DNA from: an uncultured delta proteobacterium
GTDB lineage: Bacteria; Desulfobacterota; Syntrophorhabdia; Syntrophorhabdales; WCHB1-27
Assembly: GCA_963810935.1 (NCBI GenBank)
Contig: CAWEPK010000008.1
Span: 576,001 to 640,000, forward strand
Reading direction: 5' to 3'
DNA: 64,000 nucleotides
Shown: piece by piece, positions 39,150 to 48,868 of the stretch
Layout of the letters: every line of letters begins with the position of its first letter
Position numbering within the stretch: position 1 is the first letter of the stretch
The notes under the pieces: generated by a model
What the model was told of the DNA's origin: nothing
Seen by the model: the letters and a program-made list of their open reading frames with translations, nothing else
Database searches by the model: none
Program-made: the position numbers and the translations under genes

Positions 39150-42100
39150 TCACCTTCCCTTCTCATTTCCCTCTCCCGTCCTCGCCTGCTCCGTCCCTAC
39201 GAGGAGGGCCACCGGAAAGGTCCGGAAGAGGTCTGCCAGGCTTACGGCAAACGTCTCCATGTGACGTAGTCTTTTCACCGTCTCGCCGGTAAAAATGTTC
39301 TTGTAGCAGGCTACGCGCAGCGACGGCACAAGCAGGAAGGAGCCGTCCCACGCCTCTTCCCTCAACGCGATGCGCTCGTCGCTGCCGTCGAGAAGGCCCA
39401 TGAGGAGCCGGGGGACAGCCGTTATAAAGACAACTCCTTCGGCCCGGCGCGCAAACGCGCAAACATTGCCGGCCCTCGCGCCCGCGCCCTGCAGCGGGAC
39501 ATAACGCGTCCGGTCCAGCAGGCGGCCGCACTCCTTTCTGAAATTAAGCGCCTTGGAGATAACGTGCATCTTTATCCTTCCGTCCCGCCAGGCGCCTGCA
39601 AGGTGGGCCGCTATCTCATTGAGCGGCGCCTCTTGCTCCGACCTGCGGAGGTCGGCCAGCATCCGCATCCGCGCCTCGTAGTCAACCGGCCTCCTGTTGT
39701 CGGGGTCCACAAGGTTGAGGCTCCAGACCTCCGAGCCCTGGTAAAAATCGGGGACGCCCGGAGACGTGATCTTGAGGAGCGTCTGGGACAGGGAGTTGCT
39801 CATACCGCAGAAGGCGACTTTCTTATGGAACACCTCGAAGTCGTCGATGAACTCGTTCGGTCTTCTCCTGTCCAGGGCCGCTTCCACGAACTTCGCGCAA
39901 GCCCCCTCGTACGCGCTCCGGGGGTTTATCCAGCTCGTATTGACCTTGCCCTCCCTGATGGCCTTCAGCAGGTAGTCCTTCATTCTCTCGACGAAATCAC
40001 TCCATTCGGCCGGGACCCCTGTCTGCATGGGCCATGCGCCCACGAGGGTCTGATAGAAAAAGTATTCTTCGTTCGGGTCCGGCGCGTGGCCGCCGTTCAC
40101 GGGCAGGCGGTTCTTTCTGTTGATCTGGCTCCACTTCATGACGCGCTTTTTCCATTCCTCGGGGACTTCGGAGAGCACGTCGATCCGCGCGCGGACGTCC
40201 TCGCTGCGCTTCGAGTCGTGCGTGGAGGTTGTGATGAGGGCATGGGGCCAGAATTTCTGCCGGCGCTGGTTGTGTTCGTGAAACTCTTCGACCGACGTAC
40301 CGAACGTGTGCGGGCTGCCGCCCACCTCGTTCAGCGAGATAAGCCTGTTGTACGTGTAAAAGGCCGTATCCTCAAGGCCTTTCGCCATCACCGGCCCCGT
40401 TATCTGCTGGAACCTCATCACGAAATCGAGCCACCTCTTTTTGTCCTCCTCGCCCAGCTTGGCCGGCCACTGAAGCAAAAGCACTTGCTTGACGAAATTG
40501 AAGACGGATTCGTTGATAGTGGGGTTCATTGCCTTGGCCTTCGCCGCTGCATACTCTATGTGCTGGCGGTCACGGTCGGCTATCTCCCGGCTGTTGATAT
40601 ACGTCCTGTAAACCGGAAAGCAGGCGATTATCTCCACTATGGCGCCCGTGAGGCTGTTGAGGGTGAAGTCGCGCGTAAGGCGGTTCTTCTCGGAGATGCG
40701 ATTCAGGTAATTGCCGAGCGTGTTGATCTCGCTCGACATGGCCCCCAGCATGATAAGCTTCCTCTTCTCGTAGGCCGTGCGTGGGTAACTGACCGTCGTC
40801 CCGGCGATGCGCTTGTATAGCCTGTCGAACGCCTTCTCGTTGGCGCCGTCCACGAAGATGCCATTGACGAGGTTCATGAACGTATAGCCCGTCGTGCTGA
40901 AGATAGGCCACTCCTCGGGCATCGGCTCGTTCCTCATCAGTATCTTCTCGCCTATGATGTAGAAGGGCTTTGCCTTCCTCCCGGAGAAGGTCAGCTCGTC
41001 GTATCGCCTCCCCAGCACCTCGGACAGGATCGCTTCTTCGGCCTGGCTGACGACGTGCCCGGAAGTCTCCTTCATCGTGAGGCCCGTCTCTACGTAGCAG
41101 TTGCGCTGAAGGCGGTGGAAATAGCGGGACGGGTCGTAGAGTCCGTCGGGGTGGTCCACCCGCAGCCCCGTCACCTTCCCTTCCTTTATCAGCTTGAAAA
41201 CGAGCCTGTGCGTCGCCTCGAAGACTGCCGGGTCCTCCATCCGTATAGCGGCCAGATCGTTGACGTCGAAGAACCTCCGGTAGTTGATCTCCTCAGTTGC
41301 GACGCGCCAGTAGGAAAGCCGGAAGGCCTGGCCGCGCAGAAGGTTGTCCAGAAGGTCGAAGCTCTCCGGCTCGCCTTTAATGCCGTTGAAAACCGAGACG
41401 TTCCGTTCTATGTGGCGCCTTATCTCCGGGCTTTCCCTGTAAAGATTCGCCAGACGCCTTTTCGCGATCTCCTTCTCCCGGTTCCGCTCGGCCATAAGCT
41501 CCGGCGCGGTCTCCGTGTAGGGAGGCAGGTGGACGAGCGCGGTGTTTATGCTGAGCAGCTCTATATAGGCGGGGTCGTCGGGCGCAAGCTCGGCCTCCAG
41601 CTCCTTTAGTCCGTAAGAAAGGACCTTTATGTAGCTGTCGGGCCTGAGGGGGAACGTATAGTCCCAGTACGTGACAAAGAACCCGCCGTCTTTGAATCCC
41701 AGGCGCAGTTCCTGGTTCTCGAGGACTTCCCCGTACTGCCCGCCGAGGAACGGCACGAGTATCCGATCCTTCAGCTCGTGCTTGATGGGGTGCCAGTTAA
41801 TATCGAAGAACCGCGCGTAGATTGAGCTGGGGCCGTTCTCCAGCACGTCCATCCACCATTTGTTATCGTCGGCCACGCACATATGGTTCGGCACCAGGTC
41901 AAAAATCTGGCCAAGCCCGCGCGCTTTCAACTCCGCGACGAATGCCTCGTACTCGGCAGGGCTGCCGATCTCGTCATTCAGCTCCCCAAAATCGACGATG
42001 TCGTATCCGTGGAGGCTGCCCCGCCTCGCTTTCAGGTAAGATGAGGCGTAGATGTCCGTTATACCGAGGTCCGCGAGGTAACCGGTGATACGGCGGGCAT

Positions 42101-42182
42101 CCGGGAACGTGAATTCCCTGTTGAGCTGGAGCCGGTACGTCGAGACGGGTATTCTCGGCTGGTATTCCTGCTGCCTCACCAT
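39150..42182 (-). CDS. treY: malto-oligosyltrehalose synthase
   Basis: STYRLQ, HGYD, DLVPNHM, GLRVDHPDGL, EKIL, TSTHDSKRSED, LVDPDNRRPVD; start overlaps the treZ stop. Confidence 0.96.
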   Translation of the reverse strand: MVRQQEYQPRIPVSTYRLQLNREFTFPDARRITGYLADLGITDIYASSYLKARRGSLHGYDIVDFGELNDEIGSPAEYEAFVAELKARGLGQIFDLVPNHMCVADDNKWWMDVLENGPSSIYARFFDINWHPIKHELKDRILVPFLGGQYGEVLENQELRLGFKDGGFFVTYWDYTFPLRPDSYIKVLSYGLKELEAELAPDDPAYIELLSINTALVHLPPYTETAPELMAERNREKEIAKRRLANLYRESPEIRRHIERNVSVFNGIKGEPESFDLLDNLLRGQAFRLSYWRVATEEINYRRFFDVNDLAAIRMEDPAVFEATHRLVFKLIKEGKVTGLRVDHPDGLYDPSRYFHRLQRNCYVETGLTMKETSGHVVSQAEEAILSEVLGRRYDELTFSGRKAKPFYIIGEKILMRNEPMPEEWPIFSTTGYTFMNLVNGIFVDGANEKAFDRLYKRIAGTTVSYPRTAYEKRKLIMLGAMSSEINTLGNYLNRISEKNRLTRDFTLNSLTGAIVEIIACFPVYRTYINSREIADRDRQHIEYAAAKAKAMNPTINESVFNFVKQVLLLQWPAKLGEEDKKRWLDFVMRFQQITGPVMAKGLEDTAFYTYNRLISLNEVGGSPHTFGTSVEEFHEHNQRRQKFWPHALITTSTHDSKRSEDVRARIDVLSEVPEEWKKRVMKWSQINRKNRLPVNGGHAPDPNEEYFFYQTLVGAWPMQTGVPAEWSDFVERMKDYLLKAIREGKVNTSWINPRSAYEGACAKFVEAALDRRRPNEFIDDFEVFHKKVAFCGMSNSLSQTLLKITSPGVPDFYQGSEVWSLNLVDPDNRRPVDYEARMRMLADLRRSEQEAPLNEIAAHLAGAWRDGRIKMHVISKALNFRKECGRLLDRTRYVPLQGAGARAGNVCAFARRAEGVVFITAVPRLLMGLLDGSDERIALREEAWDGSFLLVPSLRVACYKNIFTGETVKRLRHMETFAVSLADLFRTFPVALLVGTEQARTGEGNEKGR

Positions 42183-44029
42183 AGGACCTGTCCTATTTCC
42201 TCCATGACAAACAAAGCAAAGCCGAAGGCGCCCACGGCTACGTCCGGCCAGGGCTCGTCCAGGCGGCCCGGCAGCAGGCTGCCCGGACCGTCCCATGCCG
42301 CGTCGCACGAATCGATGACTCTGTTCCAACGACCGTGAGGCAGCGGCAGGCCGGCTGTTTTTGCCTCCCCGTCGAGGTTGGCAAGCCAGAAGGCCGTCGA
42401 GCCTTCCTTCCACATCCGCGCCATTATGACCTTATCCGCCTCCGCACCGTAAACCTCCAGGCGTCCCTTGTCGGGCATCCTAAGGCAAGGCACCTCCCTT
42501 CTTGCAGCCAGGAGACGGCGGAAGAACGCACAAAGGGCCTTGCCCCTTCCCGTGTTTCGCTTCTCCCATGCGATCCTCGACGCCACGAACGTTTCGGGGA
42601 GCCCGGGGTCTGGCGGGTCGCCCGCCCAGGCGAATTCTTTGAATTCGTTCTTCCTGCCTTCGCGCACCGCCTGCATCAGCTCCGCGTCGGCATGGTCCAC
42701 GAAATAAAGGAACGGGTTCTCTTCTCCGTACTCCTCGCCCATGAAAAGAAGGGGCACGTAGGGCGAGGCGAGGAGCACGCCGGCTGCCGCCTTGAGCGCC
42801 TCGAAAGGGACAAGCGTCGAGAGCCGCTCGCCCCTCATCCTGTTCCCCACCTGGTCGTGGTTCTGGCAGAAGACCACCATTTGGCGGCAGGTCGTTCCTG
42901 CGGCCGAATTGCCGTGGCTGCGCTTCCTGTAAGGCGAATACGTGCCCTGGTAGACCATGCCGTCCCTGACCGCGGTAACCACGTCGGCGGCAGCCCCGAA
43001 GTCGGCGTAATAGCCGCTCCTCTCGCCTGTGAGAAGGGCGTGAAGGGCATGGTGGAAATCGTCCGACCATTCCCCGTCCATGCCAAGGCCGCCGTCGGCG
43101 GCTGGCGCTACCACCCTCGCGTCATTGAGGTCGCTCTCCGCGATCAGAAGGACCGTCCGGCCGGATTCCTTCCGGTAATCGGCAACGGCCTCCGACAGGG
43201 ACGCCAAAAACGGCGCCGCGCTCTGGTCGAATATGCCGTGGATCGCGTCTAACCGTAATGCATCGATGTGATAGCTCTCGAACCAGTGGAGCGCGTTCTC
43301 TATGAAGAAGTTGCGCACGTCGTCGCTGTACGGGCCGTCGAAGTTGACTGCGTCTCCCCACGGCGTCCGGTACCTGTCCGTAAAATAGGGACCGAAGTCG
43401 GCCAGGTAATTGCCTTCCGGCCCCAGGTGGTTGTAGACGACGTCGAGCACCACCGCGACAGACCGTTTATGGCACTCATTGACCAGCCTTTTAAGCCCTT
43501 CGGGCCCCCCATATGACGCCTGCGGAGCAAACAGGTAGACGCCGTCATAGCCCCAGCTCCTTGTGCCGGGGAACTGGGCGACGGGCATCAGCTCGACCGC
43601 GTTCACCCCGAGGGCCGCAAGGTCGTCGAGACGCCCGGTTACGGCGTCGAAAGTGCCGTCAGGGGTAAAGGCGCCCACGTGGAGCTCGTAGATCGCCATA
43701 TCAGCCAGGGCAATGCCGCCCCAGCCCGTATCCTGCCATCTAAAGGAATGGTCCACCACGCGCGAGGCGGCGTGCACCCCGGACGGCTGGAAATGGGAGG
43801 CAGGGTCGGGCCTTTCGACGGACCCGTCAAGGCGATACAGATAATCCGTCCCTGCGGGGACATCGCACAGTGCGCTCCAATAACCCATCGCGTCCCTCTC
43901 CATGCGGCTGACGGTCCCGTCCGTCTTGAGTTGCACGTCTTGTGCAAAGGGAGCCCAGACCGTGAAAGAGCACCCGCCCCCGGTCAGGCGCCTCGCGCCT
44001 ACCCTCCTACGCGACCGCATGTGACCCAT
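42176..44029 (-). CDS. treZ: malto-oligosyltrehalose trehalohydrolase
   Basis: PDPASHFQP, IYELHVG, WGYDG, DVVYNHLGPEG, LRLDAIH, QNHDQVGNR. Confidence 0.95.
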   Translation of the reverse strand: MGHMRSRRRVGARRLTGGGCSFTVWAPFAQDVQLKTDGTVSRMERDAMGYWSALCDVPAGTDYLYRLDGSVERPDPASHFQPSGVHAASRVVDHSFRWQDTGWGGIALADMAIYELHVGAFTPDGTFDAVTGRLDDLAALGVNAVELMPVAQFPGTRSWGYDGVYLFAPQASYGGPEGLKRLVNECHKRSVAVVLDVVYNHLGPEGNYLADFGPYFTDRYRTPWGDAVNFDGPYSDDVRNFFIENALHWFESYHIDALRLDAIHGIFDQSAAPFLASLSEAVADYRKESGRTVLLIAESDLNDARVVAPAADGGLGMDGEWSDDFHHALHALLTGERSGYYADFGAAADVVTAVRDGMVYQGTYSPYRKRSHGNSAAGTTCRQMVVFCQNHDQVGNRMRGERLSTLVPFEALKAAAGVLLASPYVPLLFMGEEYGEENPFLYFVDHADAELMQAVREGRKNEFKEFAWAGDPPDPGLPETFVASRIAWEKRNTGRGKALCAFFRRLLAARREVPCLRMPDKGRLEVYGAEADKVIMARMWKEGSTAFWLANLDGEAKTAGLPLPHGRWNRVIDSCDAAWDGPGSLLPGRLDEPWPDVAVGAFGFALFVMEEIGQVLW

Positions 44030-44309
44030 AGCACCGATTCCGGAAAAGTGAGAGAAACCCTCGAAGAACATAATGCGGTAACCGGAGAGCTACAAGCAGT
44101 ACATAGAAGGATAAGCAAAATGCGTACCACGAGACAGACGGCCATGGATCGAAGGATGGCCGGGAGGGACGCGTCTTTTCCGCCGCGCATTTGTCTCCGG
44201 GCGCGATAATCTGTCTTCCCGCGCGAGATTTTGTCTTGTTTCAGAAGACGCGCCGGGGCAGCGGCCTCTTGACCCGCGCAGCCTGCTGATATACGCTTTT
44301 CCCATTAAC

Positions 44310-44648
44310 GTGGAAAAGAAACGCAGGGTGCTCAACCTCATTGCCTTCTTCGTACTGCTTCTCGGCCTCTGCACGGCCGTGATCGTCTACGAGAGGGCAG
44401 CCAATGCCCCCACCCAGGTCCTCGGCTACGAGCAGGGAGAAGACGGCACGGTGTACCCGATCATGCCCCAGGATTCTAAGAAATACCAGCGAGACCTGAA
44501 GCTCTACGGGGGGACGGCAAACGTCCTCGCGGACCAGATGAGGCGCTTCATCGCGGGTCTCTTCCAGGGCCCGACCCTCGGCATAACGATAGGCTGCCTT
44601 TCCGTCCTAGCGGCGCTCGTCCTGTTCGCAGCGGCAATGATGATTTGA
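44310..44648 (+). CDS. small two-TM membrane protein, unknown function
   Basis: 112 aa ORF with hydrophobic N- and C-terminal helices and host-like codon usage. Confidence 0.65.
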   Translation: MEKKRRVLNLIAFFVLLLGLCTAVIVYERAANAPTQVLGYEQGEDGTVYPIMPQDSKKYQRDLKLYGGTANVLADQMRRFIAGLFQGPTLGITIGCLSVLAALVLFAAAMMI

Positions 44649-44696
44649 AGGTCGCGGCCTTCCCGCCTTACTATCCGCTCTCGTTTCGGGCGGAAG

Positions 44697-45956
44697 CTAT
44701 ATGATATTTAGTGCTTTCAGCGCTTCGTCAATGGGTATGAAGAAATTTATGCCTCTGGCAACTCCGTCTTTGTCTAAACCCTCAGCAGTGATTCCCACTA
44801 CGGCGCCGCTTTTATCCACCAAAGGGCCACCGCTATTTCCATGCTGAACATTCACATCGCTTTGAATAAATTTCTTTTTATCCCTTTCCCGATATCCGCT
44901 GACGATACCCCTGGAGACCGTGGATTCAAGATCTTCGTCGAGAGGGGTGCCTATTGCGTACACCTCGGAGCCTATCGGAGGGTCGGCTCGTAACACCCGA
45001 AAATGCCTTGCCAGGGTCGCGTCGACCTTTATCAGGGCCACATCGCGAGCCGAGTTCGACGCCATTACTTTGCCCAGCACCCGCACGCCGTTATAAAACT
45101 TGACTGTAACCATATTTGCCTCACCGGCGACGTGATGGTTCGTCAAAATCAGATCGTCAGAGATGGCAAATCCGCTGCCGAGCACATCGCCCGCAAAGAT
45201 CGTGACCACCGCAAGGTGCCATTCTTTTGGTTTATCTTTAAGCGGTTTCGAAGAAACCCGCGTTATAACGATAGCCCCACCCGATTTGAACGAGGTCTCC
45301 CTCACGGTTTTCCCGCCTTTGCCGACTATTTCACGGAACTTTTCGTCCGCCAGCAGATTTCGCGTCGCCTGCGCGAACGCATTGAGGACTGCGGTCGTGT
45401 TACCGGCAGGCACGGCGCTCTCGGTCCTTCCGGCCCCTTCCGTCCTGACGGTGTGAACGACAGCCTTATCCAATTTGGAATAGATCTCCCAGTCGACTTT
45501 TATGTACGCCTCTCCCTTGGACGAAGCGCGGCCGCGGTTAGGGTAGCAGATATTCGCTTGCAGGTCCCTGACCATGCCCGCGACGAGTATTTCCGATTTC
45601 CAGGTGGACTTGTCCTCGAACACCGTGCTCTTGTCGCCAACGGCTTTGAACGAATATTTTTCCAGCTCTTCCTTGAAGGCGTCCGTAAAATCATCGGAAT
45701 CGACACTCATGCGCCCGCCTTTCCAGAAAAGCTCGGCCTCCGACATGCAGAACAGGCCTCCCTGCAAGGCCCCGATATGCTGCCCCCTTTTCAATTTCAC
45801 GACGATTCTCGAAAATTCTATAGGCTTTGAATCGGCGCTTGCCTTAAACGGCTCAACTTGTTTGTCCTGGACTACTTTAATGGTTGCAGGCGTCGCACCG
45901 CAGCCAACCAACATCACAGACAAAGCCAATACCGACCCTAGAAGTCGAGTGTCCAT
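44697..45956 (-). CDS. lipoprotein with C-terminal trypsin-like serine protease domain
   Basis: RBS GGGGTG, lipobox LVGC; GSGF, LTNHHV, DVALIK, GNSGGPL; no PDZ domain. Confidence 0.85.
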   Translation of the reverse strand: MDTRLLGSVLALSVMLVGCGATPATIKVVQDKQVEPFKASADSKPIEFSRIVVKLKRGQHIGALQGGLFCMSEAELFWKGGRMSVDSDDFTDAFKEELEKYSFKAVGDKSTVFEDKSTWKSEILVAGMVRDLQANICYPNRGRASSKGEAYIKVDWEIYSKLDKAVVHTVRTEGAGRTESAVPAGNTTAVLNAFAQATRNLLADEKFREIVGKGGKTVRETSFKSGGAIVITRVSSKPLKDKPKEWHLAVVTIFAGDVLGSGFAISDDLILTNHHVAGEANMVTVKFYNGVRVLGKVMASNSARDVALIKVDATLARHFRVLRADPPIGSEVYAIGTPLDEDLESTVSRGIVSGYRERDKKKFIQSDVNVQHGNSGGPLVDKSGAVVGITAEGLDKDGVARGINFFIPIDEALKALNII

Positions 45957-46330
45957 AATCACCCCTTTCGGTGCACGAGCAAACCTGCTTCTCTCCCAGA
46001 GAGTCTTCGCAGGCAAAACCTTATGTAACGGGATGTATCCGGTATGAGTTTCTATCACCCGCCCAACCGTTGTCAAGCAGTTTTCGAGAAGAGGTGGTGG
46101 CCGTGATCTTTTCGCGCCTTTTCCACCGTTTTCTGGGCACGTTGTCTTCGCCGATGGATGAATCATGCAAAGGGGCCTGAGCTATTTTCGATGATAGACG
46201 CCGTGACCGAGAAGCCGCCGCCCGGAGCGTACGTTGTGAGTACGTGAGGACGCGCGGCTTTGAGGGACAGGCCGGGGCACCCGCGCACGGGGAAGTGCGT
46301 GGGTCGAACGCGAAAAGAGCCAGGCCCCGG

Positions 46331-47542
46331 CTATGCTGCGGGTTTTACTTTTCGAGAGAGACCTTTAATGGCGTCTTTCAGGCCGTCCAGCGTCAGCTCA
46401 TACATCGGGAACAGCCGCCCTACGGCGTCCACGGTTGCGTGGTGCCAGTACTGTTTGGGGGTGGGGTTGAGCCATACGCAGTATGGGTAATTGTCCCTTA
46501 TCCGCCCGAGCCATTCTATACCGGGGATGTCGTTTGACGAATAGTAATCGATGCAGCCGTCCCGGTCCATCAGCTCGGAGTACGCCATCCGGGCGTCGCC
46601 CACGATAACTACTTTGTACCCCCGGTGAAAATTGGAGAAGAGCTTGTCCGTGGGGACCGCCTTGGCGTTCCAGATGTCCGTCCAGACGTCCTGATAAATG
46701 CAGTTGTGAAAGAAGAAATGCTGGAAATCCTTGAAATGCTCGACCTGCGTGGCCGCCGAAAACAGCCTGCTGCAAAGGTCCGCGTAGGGAGACATCGAGC
46801 CGCCCGTGTCCATAAGCAGCAGGAGGCGGATGCTGTTCTCCCTCGACCGGGAGAAGACCAGCTCGATCTCGCCGCCTTCCTTTGCCGTCTTGTCGATGGT
46901 CTCCTCTATATCGAGCTCCTCGACGAGTCCGTCCCGCTTCAGCTCCCTGAGCTTCTTGAGGGCTACCTTCGTCTGCCGCACGTCCAGGATGATATCGTTC
47001 CGGTAGTTCTTGAATCGCCTTTCTTCGGCGACCTTTACTGCGGACCCCATCCAGCCTTCGCCGCCCACCCGGACGCCTCCGGGATAATAGCCGTAAGCGC
47101 CGAAGGGGGACTTGCCGCCCGTGCCTATCCACTTGCTGCCGCCGTCGTGGCGCTCCGTCTGCTCCTTAAGCCGCTCCCTGAACATGCGCAGCATCTCTTC
47201 CAGGTCGTACTTCTGCTTCAGCTCCTCCAGCTTTTTCTTCATCTCTTCCATCTCTTCGAAGCTGAGCTTGGGAAGCTTGTTGATCGGGTTCTCGAGCCAT
47301 TCCATCACTTTCTCCAGCTCAAGTTCCCCGGTCGCAATGCCGCCGAAGTATTCCCGGAAGGCGAGGTCGTACATGTCGTAATAGGCCTCGCTCTTAACAA
47401 GGAACGCCCTGCCGACGTAATAGAGGTGGTTTAAGCTCGACTGCATGAAGCCGCCGTAGAGCGCTTCGGTGAAGGATATCCACTCCGTCACGGAGACTGG
47501 CACGCCCTTTCTCCGAAGGAGATAGAAGAAGTCGATGAACAT
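46331..47542 (-). CDS. VWA-domain (CoxE-like) protein
   Basis: GGSKWIGTGG, LLMDTGGSM MIDAS-like motif, FFHNC, VGDA, WLNP. Confidence 0.88.
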   Translation of the reverse strand: MFIDFFYLLRRKGVPVSVTEWISFTEALYGGFMQSSLNHLYYVGRAFLVKSEAYYDMYDLAFREYFGGIATGELELEKVMEWLENPINKLPKLSFEEMEEMKKKLEELKQKYDLEEMLRMFRERLKEQTERHDGGSKWIGTGGKSPFGAYGYYPGGVRVGGEGWMGSAVKVAEERRFKNYRNDIILDVRQTKVALKKLRELKRDGLVEELDIEETIDKTAKEGGEIELVFSRSRENSIRLLLLMDTGGSMSPYADLCSRLFSAATQVEHFKDFQHFFFHNCIYQDVWTDIWNAKAVPTDKLFSNFHRGYKVVIVGDARMAYSELMDRDGCIDYYSSNDIPGIEWLGRIRDNYPYCVWLNPTPKQYWHHATVDAVGRLFPMYELTLDGLKDAIKGLSRKVKPAA

Positions 47543-47549
47543 TGTGCGC

Positions 47550-48401
47550 CTATCTTCTCCTTATGCCGAAGGGGCCGTGCCCCTGACCTACCCTGGCGAC
47601 CTTGTCCGTATCCTGCTCGCTCTTTATCAGGGTGCCCAGGAAGGGAACCTCCGAGGCGATTACGGAGATATCGATGCCGCCGACTGCGAGCGCCTTGATC
47701 CAGTCGAGAAGCTCGCTGGTGGACGGCTTTTTGCGCAGCCCCTCCACCTGCCGGATTAGGTAGAACTTCTTGAGCGCCTCCCGCATGAGCTTCTCGTGGA
47801 TGTCGGGGTAGTGGACCTTCACGATCTGCTCCATCATCTCCTCGTCGGGGAACTCTATGTAATAGAAGACGCACCTGCGCAAGAAAGCGTCGGGAAGCTC
47901 TTTCTCGGAGTTGCTCGTGATGATGACGATGGGCCTGTGCTTCGCCTTTACCTCTTCGTCCAGCTCGTTGACGTGGAACGACATCTCGTCTAGCTCGTTC
48001 AAAAGGTCGTTCGGGAACTCGATGTCGGCCTTGTCGATCTCGTCGATGAGGAGCACCACCTGCTTATCCGACTTGAACGACTGGCCCAGCTTGCCGGGCT
48101 TGATGTACTGCCTGATGTCGGATATGTCCTTGTCCTTGAAGCGGGCGTCATTGAGGCGCTGAACCGTGTCGTAAACGTACAGGCCGTCTTTCGCCTTGGT
48201 CGTCGATTTGATGTTCCAGATCAAAAGCTCCTTGCCCAGGGCCTTCGATATGCTATGGGCGAGAAGCGTCTTTCCCGTGCCCGGCTCGCCCTTTATCACA
48301 AGGGGCTTGCTCAGTATGATCGCAACATTGACGATCTCCATCAACGGCTTGGATGCGATATAGTCGCTGCTGCCGCCGTAACCATGTGCCGATTTATCCA
48401 T
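47550..48401 (-). CDS. MoxR family AAA+ ATPase
   Basis: [43 protein letters not shown]. Confidence 0.93.
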   Translation of the reverse strand: MDKSAHGYGGSSDYIASKPLMEIVNVAIILSKPLVIKGEPGTGKTLLAHSISKALGKELLIWNIKSTTKAKDGLYVYDTVQRLNDARFKDKDISDIRQYIKPGKLGQSFKSDKQVVLLIDEIDKADIEFPNDLLNELDEMSFHVNELDEEVKAKHRPIVIITSNSEKELPDAFLRRCVFYYIEFPDEEMMEQIVKVHYPDIHEKLMREALKKFYLIRQVEGLRKKPSTSELLDWIKALAVGGIDISVIASEVPFLGTLIKSEQDTDKVARVGQGHGPFGIRRR

Positions 48402-48868
48402 GTTCCTCACAACCCCCTTTGGCGTGGAAAAAGCGCACTACTATTATATTTCCGGGGCGGTGGAAAGTCAAATCCTGTATCCAAAGTCGGGGGGCGGTAA
48501 CTTTTCGCGGCCGAGTCGATCGCCGGCCCGGAGAGACAGGCGCATAGCGCGAAAAGATCACGCCCCCCACGCCGCGTCTGCCATGAAAATGCTCCGGCCC
48601 CGTTGGCAACTGCCGGCGACCTTGCCACCGCCAGAGGATGGCGGCGTGCGCCCGTTCACGGTGGCGGCAAAGGCTGTTGAAACCACTGGCAAGACGAGTT
48701 TCCAGCCAACGGCCGGGGTAACGATGAAGATTAAAGAGTGGTCGCTTCAGTGTTGCAAACGCGGTAAATACTTTGATCGCCTGGCTGGCGAGAGTGTAAA
48801 AGCTACGGACGCAAAACGAAAAAGGAAGGGGGGTTGACTTTCCGGCTCTAATCGTACATATTTTAGCC

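Noticed and set aside
42183..42413. N-terminal extensions in the ORF track for treY (also tilS, ftsH, LOG, MFS, birA and the lipoprotein protease)
   Set aside because: They overlap adjacent genes or lack homology-like content; downstream starts with RBS or translational coupling fit better
44160..44275. Short inverted repeats (CGCGTCTT/AAGACGCG) between treZ and the small membrane gene
   Set aside because: Short and GC-rich; could arise by chance
48400..48868. 145 aa (+) and 181 aa (-) ORFs, or an ncRNA, in the moxR-fusA spacer
   Set aside because: No RBS or motifs, overlap with neighbouring gene starts; only a short CTTTTCGCG/CGCGAAAAG inverted repeat
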